Shown piece after piece: positions 1-11,177 of a DNA stretch of 64,000 nucleotides. A program made the translations under genes and the position numbers. How positions within the stretch are numbered: position 1 is the first letter of the stretch; each line of letters begins with the position of its first letter. This DNA is from Elsinoe ampelina (Eukaryota): assembly GCA_010093995.1 (NCBI GenBank), contig ML992521.1:1-64000 (forward strand). Direction: 5' to 3'. A model generated the notes under the pieces. It saw only the letters and a list, made by a program, of their open reading frames with translations. It made no database searches and was not told the origin of the DNA.

Positions 1-192
1 TGGCTGATAGTTCTGTTTGAAGTTTGACAGTCGTCGTTTTCGAATCTGGTCGCTGGGTCTCGAGCTCTTTCCCCCGCCAAAACTTTCCCCCACGCAGCCG
101 TTGAACAAGCAGGGCCTTTTTAAGACCGACACGACAACCACCGCCTGGCCTGGCAGGGTTTCTGCAGGTTGTTCTACCAGCATCCATCCAAC

Positions 193-1491
193 ATGCCTTC
201 GAAAATGCACACTCACCCCTCTCGCCTGCAAACCTACCTAGAGCGAGCCACGATACCCGGCACATCACCCCTCGCGGCCTACTTCCTGAAACTGATTGTC
301 GCCAAAAAGTCGAATCTTTGCGTATCTGCGGATGTCACGACCTCGAGAGAATTGCTGGCATTGGCCGAAGAGGTGGGAGATCAAATATGTCTGCTAAAGA
401 CGCATGCCGACATCATCCATGATTTTGGACACAATACTGCACAAAGTCTACAAGCAATCGCCAAGAGAAAGGGGTTCCTCATATTCGAGGACAGGAAGTT
501 CGCAGACATTGGCAGTGAGTCTAGCGTGACTGGGACACTGCATTAGATACATGCTGATCCGGTTCCAGCTACTGTCCAATTACAATACACGGCTGGGCCT
601 CTCCAGATTGTAAGGTGGGCAAACATTGTCAATGCCCATATCCTCCCAGGGGCGCCGATTGTTACAGCACTGGCTCAAGCTGCCGACGATGCTGTGACGG
701 CATACAACACCAGTGTCGAAACCCAGATCTCTGGTCCTCCAGTAGTACATCAGGACGCCGACGACGTGCCGGACGAGCCTCTAGTATCTGGTTCTACCTC
801 CGTGGACGGACAAGATGGAGATTGCCTCTCTTCTGCGGATGAAGAGTCCTCAGAAGACGATGAGCCGGGCAAGACATCCTTCTCGGATGATGATGGCATT
901 GGCGACCTGAACGGCCCTACCGGCCGTCGCTTGTCGAGCGCCAACGGAGGTGAACGCAAGTTCAGCGTCGTATCCGTCAGCACTACCATCTCCACCAAGA
1001 CCGAGCAAATATCACCACAACCGACTCCCCTCCACCACCGCGGGCTATCTCACGGCCTCGAAGGCCCCGACGAAGAATCTGATGTCAAGAAAGCCGTGCG
1101 AGCTCTGGGCGAGCCTCCCATGGCACGTGCCCTCCTCCTTATTGCCCAGATGTCGTCAAAAGGCAATCTCCTAGACCAAGCATACGCCGAAGAGAGTCTC
1201 CGCAACGCTCGTGCAAAGTCGGACTTCGTCATGGGCTTCATCGCTCAAGAATCGTTGAATACCGAGCCTGGCGACAATTTCATCACAATGACTCCTGGTG
1301 TCAATATCTCATCCAAGGGTGACGATCTCGGTCAGCAGTACAACACTCCTGAATACCTTGTTGGCGACAAAGGTACCGACGTCATCATCGTCGGCAGAGG
1401 CATCTATGGTGCTCAAGACCGGAGGGCCGTTGCCGAAGAGTACAGGGTGCGGGCATGGAAAGCTTACGAAGCGAGAGTCGGTGGCACGTAG
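193..1491 (+). CDS. pyrG: Orotidine-5'-phosphate decarboxylase; intron 515-568
   Basis: Motifs KKSNLCVSADV, LLKTHAD, FEDRKFADIG (active site), MTPGV, GQQYNTP and IIVGRGIY. The GTGAGT..CAG intron joins DIG-T-TVQLQY in frame. Confidence 0.96.
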
Positions 1492-1969
1492 AAAGTCTAC
1501 AGGAGGCACGAGATGTTGGGGTGGCTCCTCTACCTTTTTTACTTGCTTCCAGGGGAGGAACTCGAGTCCGCACCGGCGATTTACCAGGATGGTCCGCGAT
1601 ATCGGGTTGGGATTAGGAATACGGTAGAGACTGTTGGATGTTTTGCGATCAAGGGCGATGTACCACCGTCGGACCTGCTCAGGAGCAGGCGCGGTATGGC
1701 AGCTGCGTACAGCAAGCGTTTTTTCTGAAAAACGGTGTAGATGATTTTGATTCAATTCGAGTAACCATTCTCATACTTTCACAATATATCTCCGTGTGCG
1801 TCGTTGGCTCTGCATCTACGAATGTAGTAATTGTCCCAAGAGCTTGTTATGAAACCTCAATAGATTAGCCAGACCTCCACGTCTCTTAGCTGATACGTCT
1901 CTCACGACCATTCCACCCAGACCGTTTCGGAACATATTCATTCAGTAATTACATACATCAAGCCACTAT

Positions 1970-3151
1970 CTACACCTCCACCCTCCTCCTCCAATCCTCC
2001 CCAACCCGTTCAACATCCACGATCTCCACCCCCTTACCCAGCCCCACCATCTCACTCCCCTCCCACCACCCCACCCTCCGCTGCCTACCCGCGTCCTCCT
2101 CCCCTTCCGTCTCAGTATCCACCAGACCTCCCGCGCCATCATCCCCAACCACCACAATCGTCTGCCCCACCCAGCCCTTCAGCCCCTTGAGGTTCTCCCC
2201 GTCAACTCCGCTCAACGCGGGCGTGTCAGCGACGTACACCAACTGCGGCGCCAGATGGCGAAGCATATGCACGTACCCCGTCGGCGTGCTGAACGGGAGG
2301 ATACGCGTCCTGTCGCCCGTCAACGCCGCGCCCTGCGTCGCCAATGCGTCCAACAGACGGGCGCCCGCTCCAGAACCACCAGACAGGGACAAAGTGGAGT
2401 AGCTCCCTCCCAGGGCGTCACTCGTGTTGTTACCCCGAGGATCATACTCGCTCACTCCCGGCGCGTAGATCAGGACGAACAACGCCGTGGTGGCCGGATC
2501 GAAGGACGTGGGCAGATGTGAAAGGATACTAGTGTGTTCTTGCCCGATTATGCTCTCGTCTAGACCTTCTCTTGGCTCGGCGCTCACGACGATCGCGACG
2601 GTGCGTTTGGCGTTGGCGGCTTTGCCTTTGCCTTTGTCGGGCCGGGCCCGGGAGGCTTCTTCGCTCCAGCGTTCGTGGTCGGAGAAGCCGTCTTCGCGGG
2701 CGGAGCGTTGGCGGCGGACTTCGGGGCGGGTGTTGGAGGGGTTGGATGAGGCGGAAGAGAGACCGAGGGCGGCGGCGCCGGCTGCGAGGGCCCCTGTGCC
2801 TGCGGCTACGAGGCGGCCTGCGGAGTCGTAGAGGCCTGGTGAGGCGGAGCGGACGGCTGTGGTGGCGCGGTTGAGGAAGTTGTCGGATTGAGGTGCGGCA
2901 CGGGAGCCTGAGGATTGGGGAGGATAGGGCGGTGGTGCGGACGCTGCTTCGTCGGAGTCGTAGCGGTAGAGTTCCTCGTCGTCGGTGGGTGGGTATGAGG
3001 AGGAGGTGCGACGTTCTGACCAGATCCAGGCTGCTAGTCCGGCAGAGGCTAAAGTCAGAGTGAGGACAAGCGGGGCGTAGGTTGAGACGGTAGAGCGGCG
3101 CGAGGAGGGAGGGCCATATAGAGGTCGTCGGCGACGGTCGTTTCCTGACAT
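1970..3151 (-). CDS. Peroxin 22-like membrane protein (filamentous-fungal Pex22-like)
   Basis: 393-aa ORF with an N-terminal TM segment (YAPLVLTLTLASAGLAAWIWSER) and C-terminal motifs HMLRHLAPQLVYV and GWVGQTIVVVGDDG, which I recall from fungal Pex22-like proteins. Confidence 0.7.
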   Translation of the reverse strand: MSGNDRRRRPLYGPPSSRRSTVSTYAPLVLTLTLASAGLAAWIWSERRTSSSYPPTDDEELYRYDSDEAASAPPPYPPQSSGSRAAPQSDNFLNRATTAVRSASPGLYDSAGRLVAAGTGALAAGAAALGLSSASSNPSNTRPEVRRQRSAREDGFSDHERWSEEASRARPDKGKGKAANAKRTVAIVVSAEPREGLDESIIGQEHTSILSHLPTSFDPATTALFVLIYAPGVSEYDPRGNNTSDALGGSYSTLSLSGGSGAGARLLDALATQGAALTGDRTRILPFSTPTGYVHMLRHLAPQLVYVADTPALSGVDGENLKGLKGWVGQTIVVVGDDGAGGLVDTETEGEEDAGRQRRVGWWEGSEMVGLGKGVEIVDVERVGEDWRRRVEV

Positions 3152-3711
3152 GGTGATCGCTGGTGGGTGGAACCAGGTAGTTGGAATGTTTGCGCCGAGG
3201 CGCTCAAGCGTTGATTTGCTAGAAACTCATACAATAATTCGAGAAATTCATAGAATATAGCACGCACTGCAGTAGTTCACCTGGGTCGGATGCGATTGGG
3301 ACTGTGATATATCGAGTATCTCGTAGAAGTGCAGATGGCTGGGTGATATGCAGCTCCACATGCCTGGCCTCGGGCGCAACTTTTGGCGACAGACGTTGAT
3401 TCGGCAACGCTGATGCAGGAGCTTTGGCCAAGCAAAGCGGAGCCGCATCAAACGCGGTGAGGACTATTCTGCCGGCTTTGGTGTGGGAGTCAGTGATGGA
3501 GAAGGCAATGCTGCCAATCCAAGGCAAACATTGAGATGTACAAAGACACGATCAAGAGACGATGATATACTGGGCGACACGTACTTCGAATCGCACCAGA
3601 ATGATATCGATGGTCGCTCCTCCATCTTGAATCGCCAACATTCTGTCCGCAACTTTACCCCTCCGCTTGCATTGTATAGGGTAGTGCTGGGGCACTCTAC
3701 ATCAGACCGAG

Positions 3712-5382
3712 ATGCCACATTCTACTCTTCCACATCCTGGCTTTCAGGCAGTTGTACTATGCGGTCCAGGTGCATCCCTCGATACATTTACTTCCTCGCC
3801 GAAGGATTTTCCGAAAGCTCTACTACCAATAGCGAATCGGCCTATGGTATGGTATCCTCTTGATTGGTGCTACCGCATGGGAATCACCAATATTACGCTC
3901 ATCACACCTCCCGAATCGGCGCATGCGATCGAGACCGCATTGGCGACGAATCCTCACCTCACATCACTTCCTGCACCAAGGCCAGAAGTGCTTGCGCCAG
4001 AAGGTCTTACGCAAACCACAGGCACTGGCGAGATTTTCAAGCTGGACGAGGTCGCAAAGATCATAGAGGAAGATTTTGTGGTCCTACCGTGTGACCTGAT
4101 ATGTGAGGTGGAAGGTGCAGCTTTCCTGCAGACATGGATGACGTTACAAGGAGGATTAGGAGGCTCGAGCTACAATCGACCTGCACTGGGTGGGGAGAAG
4201 AGCGGCAGACGAGGTGGACTGGCGGTATACTATCCAACAAAAGGCATAGAAGGAATTAGCACCAAGGCGGAGCAGACAGACTTGATTGCTACAGTCGCTT
4301 TACCGAAGAGTGAGCCAGCCCCACCAACTGGCAATCTCAAGGCACATGTCAGCAAGCTCGTAATGAGCGTTCCGAAGAGCACAGTGAAGGATATTCTTGA
4401 AGAGAAAGGTGCGCTCCCGATTAGACACACGCTTCTCAAAAAGTATGGCAAAGTCGACATGAAGACGAGCTGGAGAGATGCACATATCTACTTTTTTCCC
4501 AAATGGGTGCTGGAGATGATGAAGACCAACGATTTTGATTCGATTGCTGAAGACGTCATTGGCTGGTGGGCAAAGGCAGGATGGCAAGAAGGATTGGGAG
4601 ACAAGCTAGGTCTGCGCGAAGTACTCGGAGAGAGCGAAGGCAGCGACGGAGAAGACGGGATGGTTGCGTCTGGCAATCTTGAGGACGAGGTCGATCTTCA
4701 AGGCATGAGCTCAACGAGTGTCAGGTCTGTGCCAAAGAAGCACGAATCGGAAGTTGCTTCGAGAGTCCCAGCTGCGGTGAAGCAAGCGTTGCATCAAACG
4801 CCACTGACAGTACCGCCAATACTGTCATATGTACAGCCATCTTGGACGGCACAACCAGAACAGCCCCTGATCAGGAGAGTTGACACAACAGCTTTACTCT
4901 TATCGATATCTTTACGGCTCGCAAAGCTGCCGTCGACCGCAGAGGCTACCGCTCCATCACCGTTTTCACACCCTGCGAAGGTAGCACACCCCGATATGAT
5001 GCAGAAGCAATCACGAGTATCCGAAGTCGACTCGCTGGTCGCGGAGAATGTGTCCATCGAGTCACGAGTGAACATCAAAGAATCCGTAATTGGTGCCGGG
5101 TGTACCATTGGCAGTGGGAGTCGATTGACGAGATGTCTCCTCATGGACAACGTGGTCGTTGGCGAAGGTGTCACGCTCACTGGTTGCATACTGGGTCGGA
5201 GGTCCAAGATCGAAGCAGGAAGTCGGCTGACGGAATGTGAAGTCCAGTCTGGTTTTGTGGTTGAAGGTGGCACAGAGAGCAAGAGCGAGAAATTCATGGC
5301 TTTCGAAGGTTTGGACGAGGATGCAGCCATGGATGTTGAGGATGGCCAAGGAGATGATGGCGGCTTCGACATTGGATCCTGA
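3712..5382 (+). CDS. GCD1: Translation initiation factor eIF2B gamma subunit
   Basis: N-terminal nucleotidyltransferase-like domain (FQAVVLCGPG, PKALLPIANRPMVWYPL, LPCDL) plus a C-terminal hexapeptide left-handed beta-helix. Confidence 0.92.
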   Translation: MPHSTLPHPGFQAVVLCGPGASLDTFTSSPKDFPKALLPIANRPMVWYPLDWCYRMGITNITLITPPESAHAIETALATNPHLTSLPAPRPEVLAPEGLTQTTGTGEIFKLDEVAKIIEEDFVVLPCDLICEVEGAAFLQTWMTLQGGLGGSSYNRPALGGEKSGRRGGLAVYYPTKGIEGISTKAEQTDLIATVALPKSEPAPPTGNLKAHVSKLVMSVPKSTVKDILEEKGALPIRHTLLKKYGKVDMKTSWRDAHIYFFPKWVLEMMKTNDFDSIAEDVIGWWAKAGWQEGLGDKLGLREVLGESEGSDGEDGMVASGNLEDEVDLQGMSSTSVRSVPKKHESEVASRVPAAVKQALHQTPLTVPPILSYVQPSWTAQPEQPLIRRVDTTALLLSISLRLAKLPSTAEATAPSPFSHPAKVAHPDMMQKQSRVSEVDSLVAENVSIESRVNIKESVIGAGCTIGSGSRLTRCLLMDNVVVGEGVTLTGCILGRRSKIEAGSRLTECEVQSGFVVEGGTESKSEKFMAFEGLDEDAAMDVEDGQGDDGGFDIGS

Positions 5383-6231
5383 ATGTCAGCAGCACCACCA
5401 TCTTTCTCCTCAGTTCTTCGTCCGACCATGACTTCAATGCAGGCACAGCAAAAAGATTGGTTGTTTGAATATCACGACGAGCTATGCTACGCCACGCATC
5501 GTGAGGCAATCGGGGTTGAATTCCGAATGGAGACGAGCATCGTCATTGTATTAGATAGGCAAGAGATATGTGTGGTAGTGAATGGTCGTGCCATTACTGA
5601 GAATGAATCTCAGGAATGAGCTGGCCCGAGTTTGCTGCGGCAAACGGCATGCCGTGCCTGAAGCGAAGGCCTGAGTGCATTGAAATATGTCTAAGGCACA
5701 TGTGACGAACTAGACACGGCATCTATAGCTGAAGGCATCTGAAATGTAAGCGCGCGATTCCAGCGACCATTGCACTGGATAGTGTCCGTGTTACCGCGAG
5801 ACTAGGCTGGGGCTGAGAGCGGGCGATGCTGTGGCTTCATGTTCTAGGCAGTGCCGGCCAATCAGAGATGGACATTGGTTCGAGTGGAGAACTACCACTC
5901 GTCAGGATTGATTCTTTTCTATACAAGTCTCAATGAGGCCAACTGTATTATCATCCTTTTTGTACGCCTTGCGGGCAGTGAATAGCGCAGGCGTGAGGCC
6001 GTGCCTCTTTAATATGTCGGTGCAATGTTTTGTGATATAACCCTGGAAGTATATCCGCGTTGTTCACACGATCAATAGGAAGGGCAAAACAAGCACAAGT
6101 TCTCACTTGTCTCATCACCGTCACACAAAACGAGTCCTTTCACGTGTAAAGATCCATCCCGCTGCGGCGCAGACCAAACTTACCAAACAATCACAATCAC
6201 AGTCGCACAAGCGGTTGTTACTTCCTTCATC

Positions 6232-7353
6232 ATGGCAGCCTCTGTACTTCCCTCCTACACTTCCACCATCTCACGGTGCGATACGTGTCTTTCACGACAC
6301 AGTACACATCAATACTCTTCAGGACAGTGGCTTCCTGATCGCGACGGCATGGATCGCTTTTCAAGCTTCACCTCTCGCGTGAGGCGCAAAATGTCACGTC
6401 GCTCACCATCGCCACCACTGAAAAGTGGTCCTTCGTATTCATCCGACCCTCACGCCACGACTCAGGTATCTCGAAGCGCTCCTCTTTATCCATCTGACCC
6501 TCCGCCGTACTCGGCCCATGCAGCGTCTACATCTATTCCATCCGCCACACCGTTCCCTGCCTCTTCAACGACGAGCACTGCTCGTCCCGCCGCTTCTCAG
6601 GATGACCCATACGCGTTCCTCAGCACGTTCGACACATTGTTCCTCATCGACGATAGCTCCTCCATGCGCGGCTCTCGCTGGACCACAGCCCGCTCTGCAG
6701 TTGCTACCATCGCGCCTATCTGCACAGCACACGATCTTGACGGAATCGATATTCATTTTCTGAACGCTCCGGCCCAACCGTATCACTCCAACGTCACATC
6801 TGCTTCGACTGTCAACGAAATCTTTTCCTCAGTCGAGCCCTTTGGTGGCACTCCCACTGGGCAATGCCTCGACAAGATCTTGCGCGATTATTTGTACCGC
6901 TACGAGAAGAGCGTCAAGCGTTCCTCAAAGCCCTCCAGCCGCCGTGGTAGTCCCGACAGCATGCTCGGAAGGTCAAGACCGGACATCAAGCCCCTCAACA
7001 TCATCGTTATCACCGATGGTGTCCCGACTGACGACGTTGAGAGCGCACTCGTCGCCGCGGCGAAGAAGCTGGACAAGCTTGACGCTCCAGCCTGGCAAGT
7101 TGGCGTGCAGTTCTTCCAAGTCGGCGATGACGAGAGTGCTGCAGAGTCACTCAAAGGTCTCGACGATGGTCTGAGCGAGCTTGCGGGGAAGCCGGTCAGG
7201 GATATGATTGACACTGTGCCTTTAGACAAGAAGACGAGAGGATCCGGTGGCAGGGGTGCGAGTGAGGAGTTGACAGCTGATGGCATCCTTAAGGTTGTTC
7301 TTGGGGCGGTCAACAGGAGACTAGACAGAAGGGAGCAGGGTACACATGCATGA
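6232..7353 (+). CDS. von Willebrand factor type A domain protein
   Basis: MIDAS motif FLIDDSSSM, GGTPTG, IIVITDG and VGVQFFQVG, after a Ser/Pro-rich N-terminus. The start codon is uncertain. Confidence 0.85.
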   Translation: MAASVLPSYTSTISRCDTCLSRHSTHQYSSGQWLPDRDGMDRFSSFTSRVRRKMSRRSPSPPLKSGPSYSSDPHATTQVSRSAPLYPSDPPPYSAHAASTSIPSATPFPASSTTSTARPAASQDDPYAFLSTFDTLFLIDDSSSMRGSRWTTARSAVATIAPICTAHDLDGIDIHFLNAPAQPYHSNVTSASTVNEIFSSVEPFGGTPTGQCLDKILRDYLYRYEKSVKRSSKPSSRRGSPDSMLGRSRPDIKPLNIIVITDGVPTDDVESALVAAAKKLDKLDAPAWQVGVQFFQVGDDESAAESLKGLDDGLSELAGKPVRDMIDTVPLDKKTRGSGGRGASEELTADGILKVVLGAVNRRLDRREQGTHA

Positions 7354-7639
7354 AAGGCGCAAATGGCTTACAAGTGCAATCGTGGGACCAAGCGAATCGG
7401 AGGATAGCGCATTCACTCGGGCTCATTGGGCATACAAGCATAGTGTCCCCCACCGGGACTTTGCAAGTCAATGCGGCGTTTGGGCGTGGTGATGATACCC
7501 CTGGCGATTTGCTTTTTCTCTACCAAAATTTGTTTCTGCTTTAGCTCATCAATCAAAATCTAGTCATCTGAAGTCCGTCATATCAACGGCTGGCTGTCGT
7601 TTTCCATCAATGTGAGATATGGAGAGTGAAAAAAATCGA

Positions 7640-7694
7640 TCACGTGGGTCCGCGTTGCACTTTCCGCGTCCGGTCGCGTCTCACCTCCTCCGCG
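7640..7694. promoter_or_regulatory. Cluster of MCB-like CGCGT elements and an E-box upstream of RDH54
   Basis: TCACGTG at 7640, CGCGT at 7651, 7665 and 7675, and CGCG at 7691, all 100-150 bp before the ATG. Confidence 0.5.
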
Positions 7695-7793
7695 GCTCTC
7701 CATCACATTTCACGTTTTGCCACTCGTGACATCTCTGCTGTTGACTGACACTGAGTCTCTGGTGCATCCGTCCAGGGCCTCTGATCTGCAGCC

Positions 7794-10731
7794 ATGCAAT
7801 TCAAGCCGTTCAAAAGGCCGTCGTTCCTCAGCAAGCCGCCTTCAACGACCCCGGAAGACGAGCCGGCAAGTCCTCCGGCCAAAAAGCGACGTATATCAGA
7901 TGAGAAGGAGTTTCGAAGACCAGTGAAAGAAGAAGTGCAAGCTCCGACACCTTCACAAAATGCTCCGCAATTCCGACGTCCACTTGTGGCGGTTCACAAT
8001 CCATCGCAACCGGACACTTCGCCACCCGATGCTGTTCGGGAACCCAAGAGGATGTACAGCGCTCTATGGTAGGATTTGACCTCGTCATTGTTCGTATCCT
8101 TGAGCTGATTGTTGATGCAGGCGCAAGAAGACAGCCAAAATGCACAAAACCTGGGACGGCGACGGAACCCTGACAGTGGCAGATGGGTATGCCTCACTTA
8201 AGAATGACAAGGGCAAGTATATGGGGCGAACAGCATGCAAGACACCCCTACTGCCTGGATCAGCACTTTCTATCAGCGGCATGGATGTGGAAGTGGAGGA
8301 TGTGCTCTCCGCAGACAATACACTGGACGACGATGAACCTCGAGCAGCTTCCCCACCACCTTCTTCTGCACCAAAACCTACTTTCAAAACTCGTCCGACG
8401 TTGTCAGTGCTGCCTAAGAAGCTGCCTGCGGAGTTACTGGAGAAGGCAAATCGGGCCACGCAAAAAGGAAAGCTTGAATCAAGACAAGAAGCATTCCAGA
8501 TTGCAGCTGCAAACCCACTGGTCCGCACTGGTTCCCTTCTGAATGGCAGATCATCAAGCGGAGGCTCAACAGGACCGGCAGCTAAGCATGATCCGACGGC
8601 AGAAGGAGCCTTGGTCATGAAGCGACCGAAAGTGGCGCCACCTGGCAAGACAATTGTGGATGTCGTTGTTGATCCTGCCATCTGCAAGCATCTTCGAGAG
8701 CATCAGCGATCTGGAGTCTCTTTCATGTATGAGTGTGTCATGGGTATGAGGTGCAAGGAAGGTGCTGGAGCAATCCTTGCAGATGAAATGGGTCTGGGCA
8801 AGTCTCTTCAGACGATTGCACTCCTCTGGACCTTGCTCAAGCAGAACCCCATCTACCGAGATCCTCCAATTGTGCGTAAGGCTATTGTCTTGTGCCCAGC
8901 AAGTGTGACGAAGAATTGGCGGAAAGAATTCAGGAAGTGGCTGGGTTCGGAAAGGATTGGTGTCCTCCTACTCGACGATCAGAAGAAGATCAGGAGCTTC
9001 ACTCGTGGAAAGAGCTATCAGGTACTAGTAGTTGGGTATGAGATGTTCAATCTGATTCAGAAGGATCTTCAGAAGTGTAACGAGATCGACATCATCGTTG
9101 CGGACGAGGGACACAGACTGAAGACCGCAAAGAACAAGACAACCACGGCCATCACAGAGCTGGACATCGAGAGACGTATTGTTCTGACCGGAACTTTGTT
9201 ACAGAACGACTACAGCGAGTGGTACTCCGTGGTCGACTTTGTGAATCCTGGCTTTCTCGGCAAGTACTCGTCCTTCAAGAAGAGCTACCAGAATCCTATC
9301 TTGCGGTCTCGACAGCAAGGAGCAACACTCGAGGACATCGAGAAAGGCGAAGAGGCCGACGCGGATCTGAAGCAGCAGACTGGTAGCTTCATTCTTCGCC
9401 GTACTGTGGACATCCTTGCGAAGTACCTCCCAGCAAAGACCGAGTACGTGGTAATGTGCAGACCCACCGGATTGCAGGCGAGTGTATACGAGAGCATCGT
9501 GGCCTCGGGGACTCTCACTGCCGCCATCGGTCATTCTGAGCTTAATTTGGGGCTCATCAATATCCTCAAGAAGGCATGCAACAGTCCTTCTCTGTTAGCC
9601 GCTCCTCCACAGTCAAGCAGCAAAGCAAACGTCGAAGACGAAGCAGTGAATACCTCCGTCCTCTCGGATCTCCACACCAAGTTCTCGCCAGCTACTCTCC
9701 GTGCCCCTAGCTCAGGCAAACTCCGGGTCCTCGATTCGCTTCTGCTTCACATCTCAAAGTCCACGTTGGAAAAGGTCGTCATCATGTCTAATTACACCAC
9801 AACTCTCGACGTCATCGCCCCATTCCTATCCTCGCAGTCCTACACCTTTGTGCGCCTCGACGGCTCTACCCCAACCGCAAAGCGACAAGACATGGTCGAC
9901 TCCTTCAACAACACCCCAGCAAGCCGACAATTCATCTTCCTCATGTCCACCAAAGCCGGCGGCGTCGGCCTCAACCTCATTGGCGCCTCTCGCCTCGTCC
10001 TCTTCGACGTAGACTGGAATCCGGCCCTCGACCTCCAAGCCATGGGTCGAATCTGCCGCGACGGTCAACGCAGGGCATGCTGGATCTACCGCCTCGTCAC
10101 CAAGGGCGCCATTGAAGAACGCATCTTCCAACGACAAGTCGTCAAGATGGGACTCGCGGACAGTGTAGTCGACAACCGCAAGGGCGAGAGTTCGTTCAGT
10201 CAAGACGAGCTTCGTGATCTGTTCAGGCTCGACCGGAGCGAGGGGTGCAGGACCCACGAACTTCTAGGGTGCCACTGTAACGTTGACGGGAAGACGCCGG
10301 ATTTGGTCGAGGAGGAGAGGCAGAGCACTGATAGCGAGGACGATCTGCCGTTGGAGAGGAAAGGTTTCGTCACTGCTAGTAGAGTCGATAGAGACGACCC
10401 TGATGGCAGTAGGAGTCGGGAGAGTAGTCCTGTGAAGAGAGAGAGGAGGATGAGAGGGTTGATGCTGTATGGGCATTTGGACGCGAGCAGGATGAGGGCT
10501 GAGGCTGGGGATGTGGTAGAAGCTACTGAGGGGGTTCGCGTGGTGGATCCGGACCGGGGGCAGGACAGTGAGACGGAGGGTGAGGGGATGGAGAAGGAGG
10601 ATGAGCAGGAGGAGGAAGGGAAGGGGTGGGCTATCCAGGATGGGATCTTGAGGAAGGTGATTCTCGAGAGTGAGAGCTCGGTTGATTTTGTGTTTGCTAG
10701 GACGAGTGAGAATAGTGCTGCGAAGGGGTAA
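7794..10731 (+). CDS. RDH54: SNF2-family DNA translocase Rdh54/Tid1/RAD54B; intron 8069-8120
   Basis: Spliced N-terminal WRKKTAKMHKTWDGDG motif, and helicase motifs LADEMGLGKS, DEGHRLK, RLDGST, KAGGVGLNLIGASRL and QAMGRICRDGQ. Confidence 0.9.
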
Positions 10732-11177
10732 GGGCTTTCGCTGGAGGTATATGAGGTGCGAGGTCAGCCGGGCTAGGAACACGTTGGGTGGATGGCATGT
10801 GTATCCATGTATAGACAGACCATTCTTAGATCTTGGAATCCAGTGTCGGTATGCACCACATCACGAATCCCATGGAGAAGTTGAGAAGATCCGTCCACAG
10901 CTATGCATGACGAAAGAAGCAGTATGTACAGCAAAGCAACACTTGGCCCCTCACTCGTCCCAGTCTGTCATGAAAAAAACCCCGTCATCAAGCCGTATCT
11001 GGCCTCCTGAGAAGCTGTCTCCTCACGCCATGCAACACTCCAGGAAAGTCGACCAGCGACGCCTGTCTCCGTCCTCGCCACAAAAAAAAAGTATATACAA
11101 ACGCACCACTCTCATGCTCCCTCCCATCCAGCAAGTCCCCAACTCCCCTCTCCTCGTCATCCCCCACCCAGCCTATC

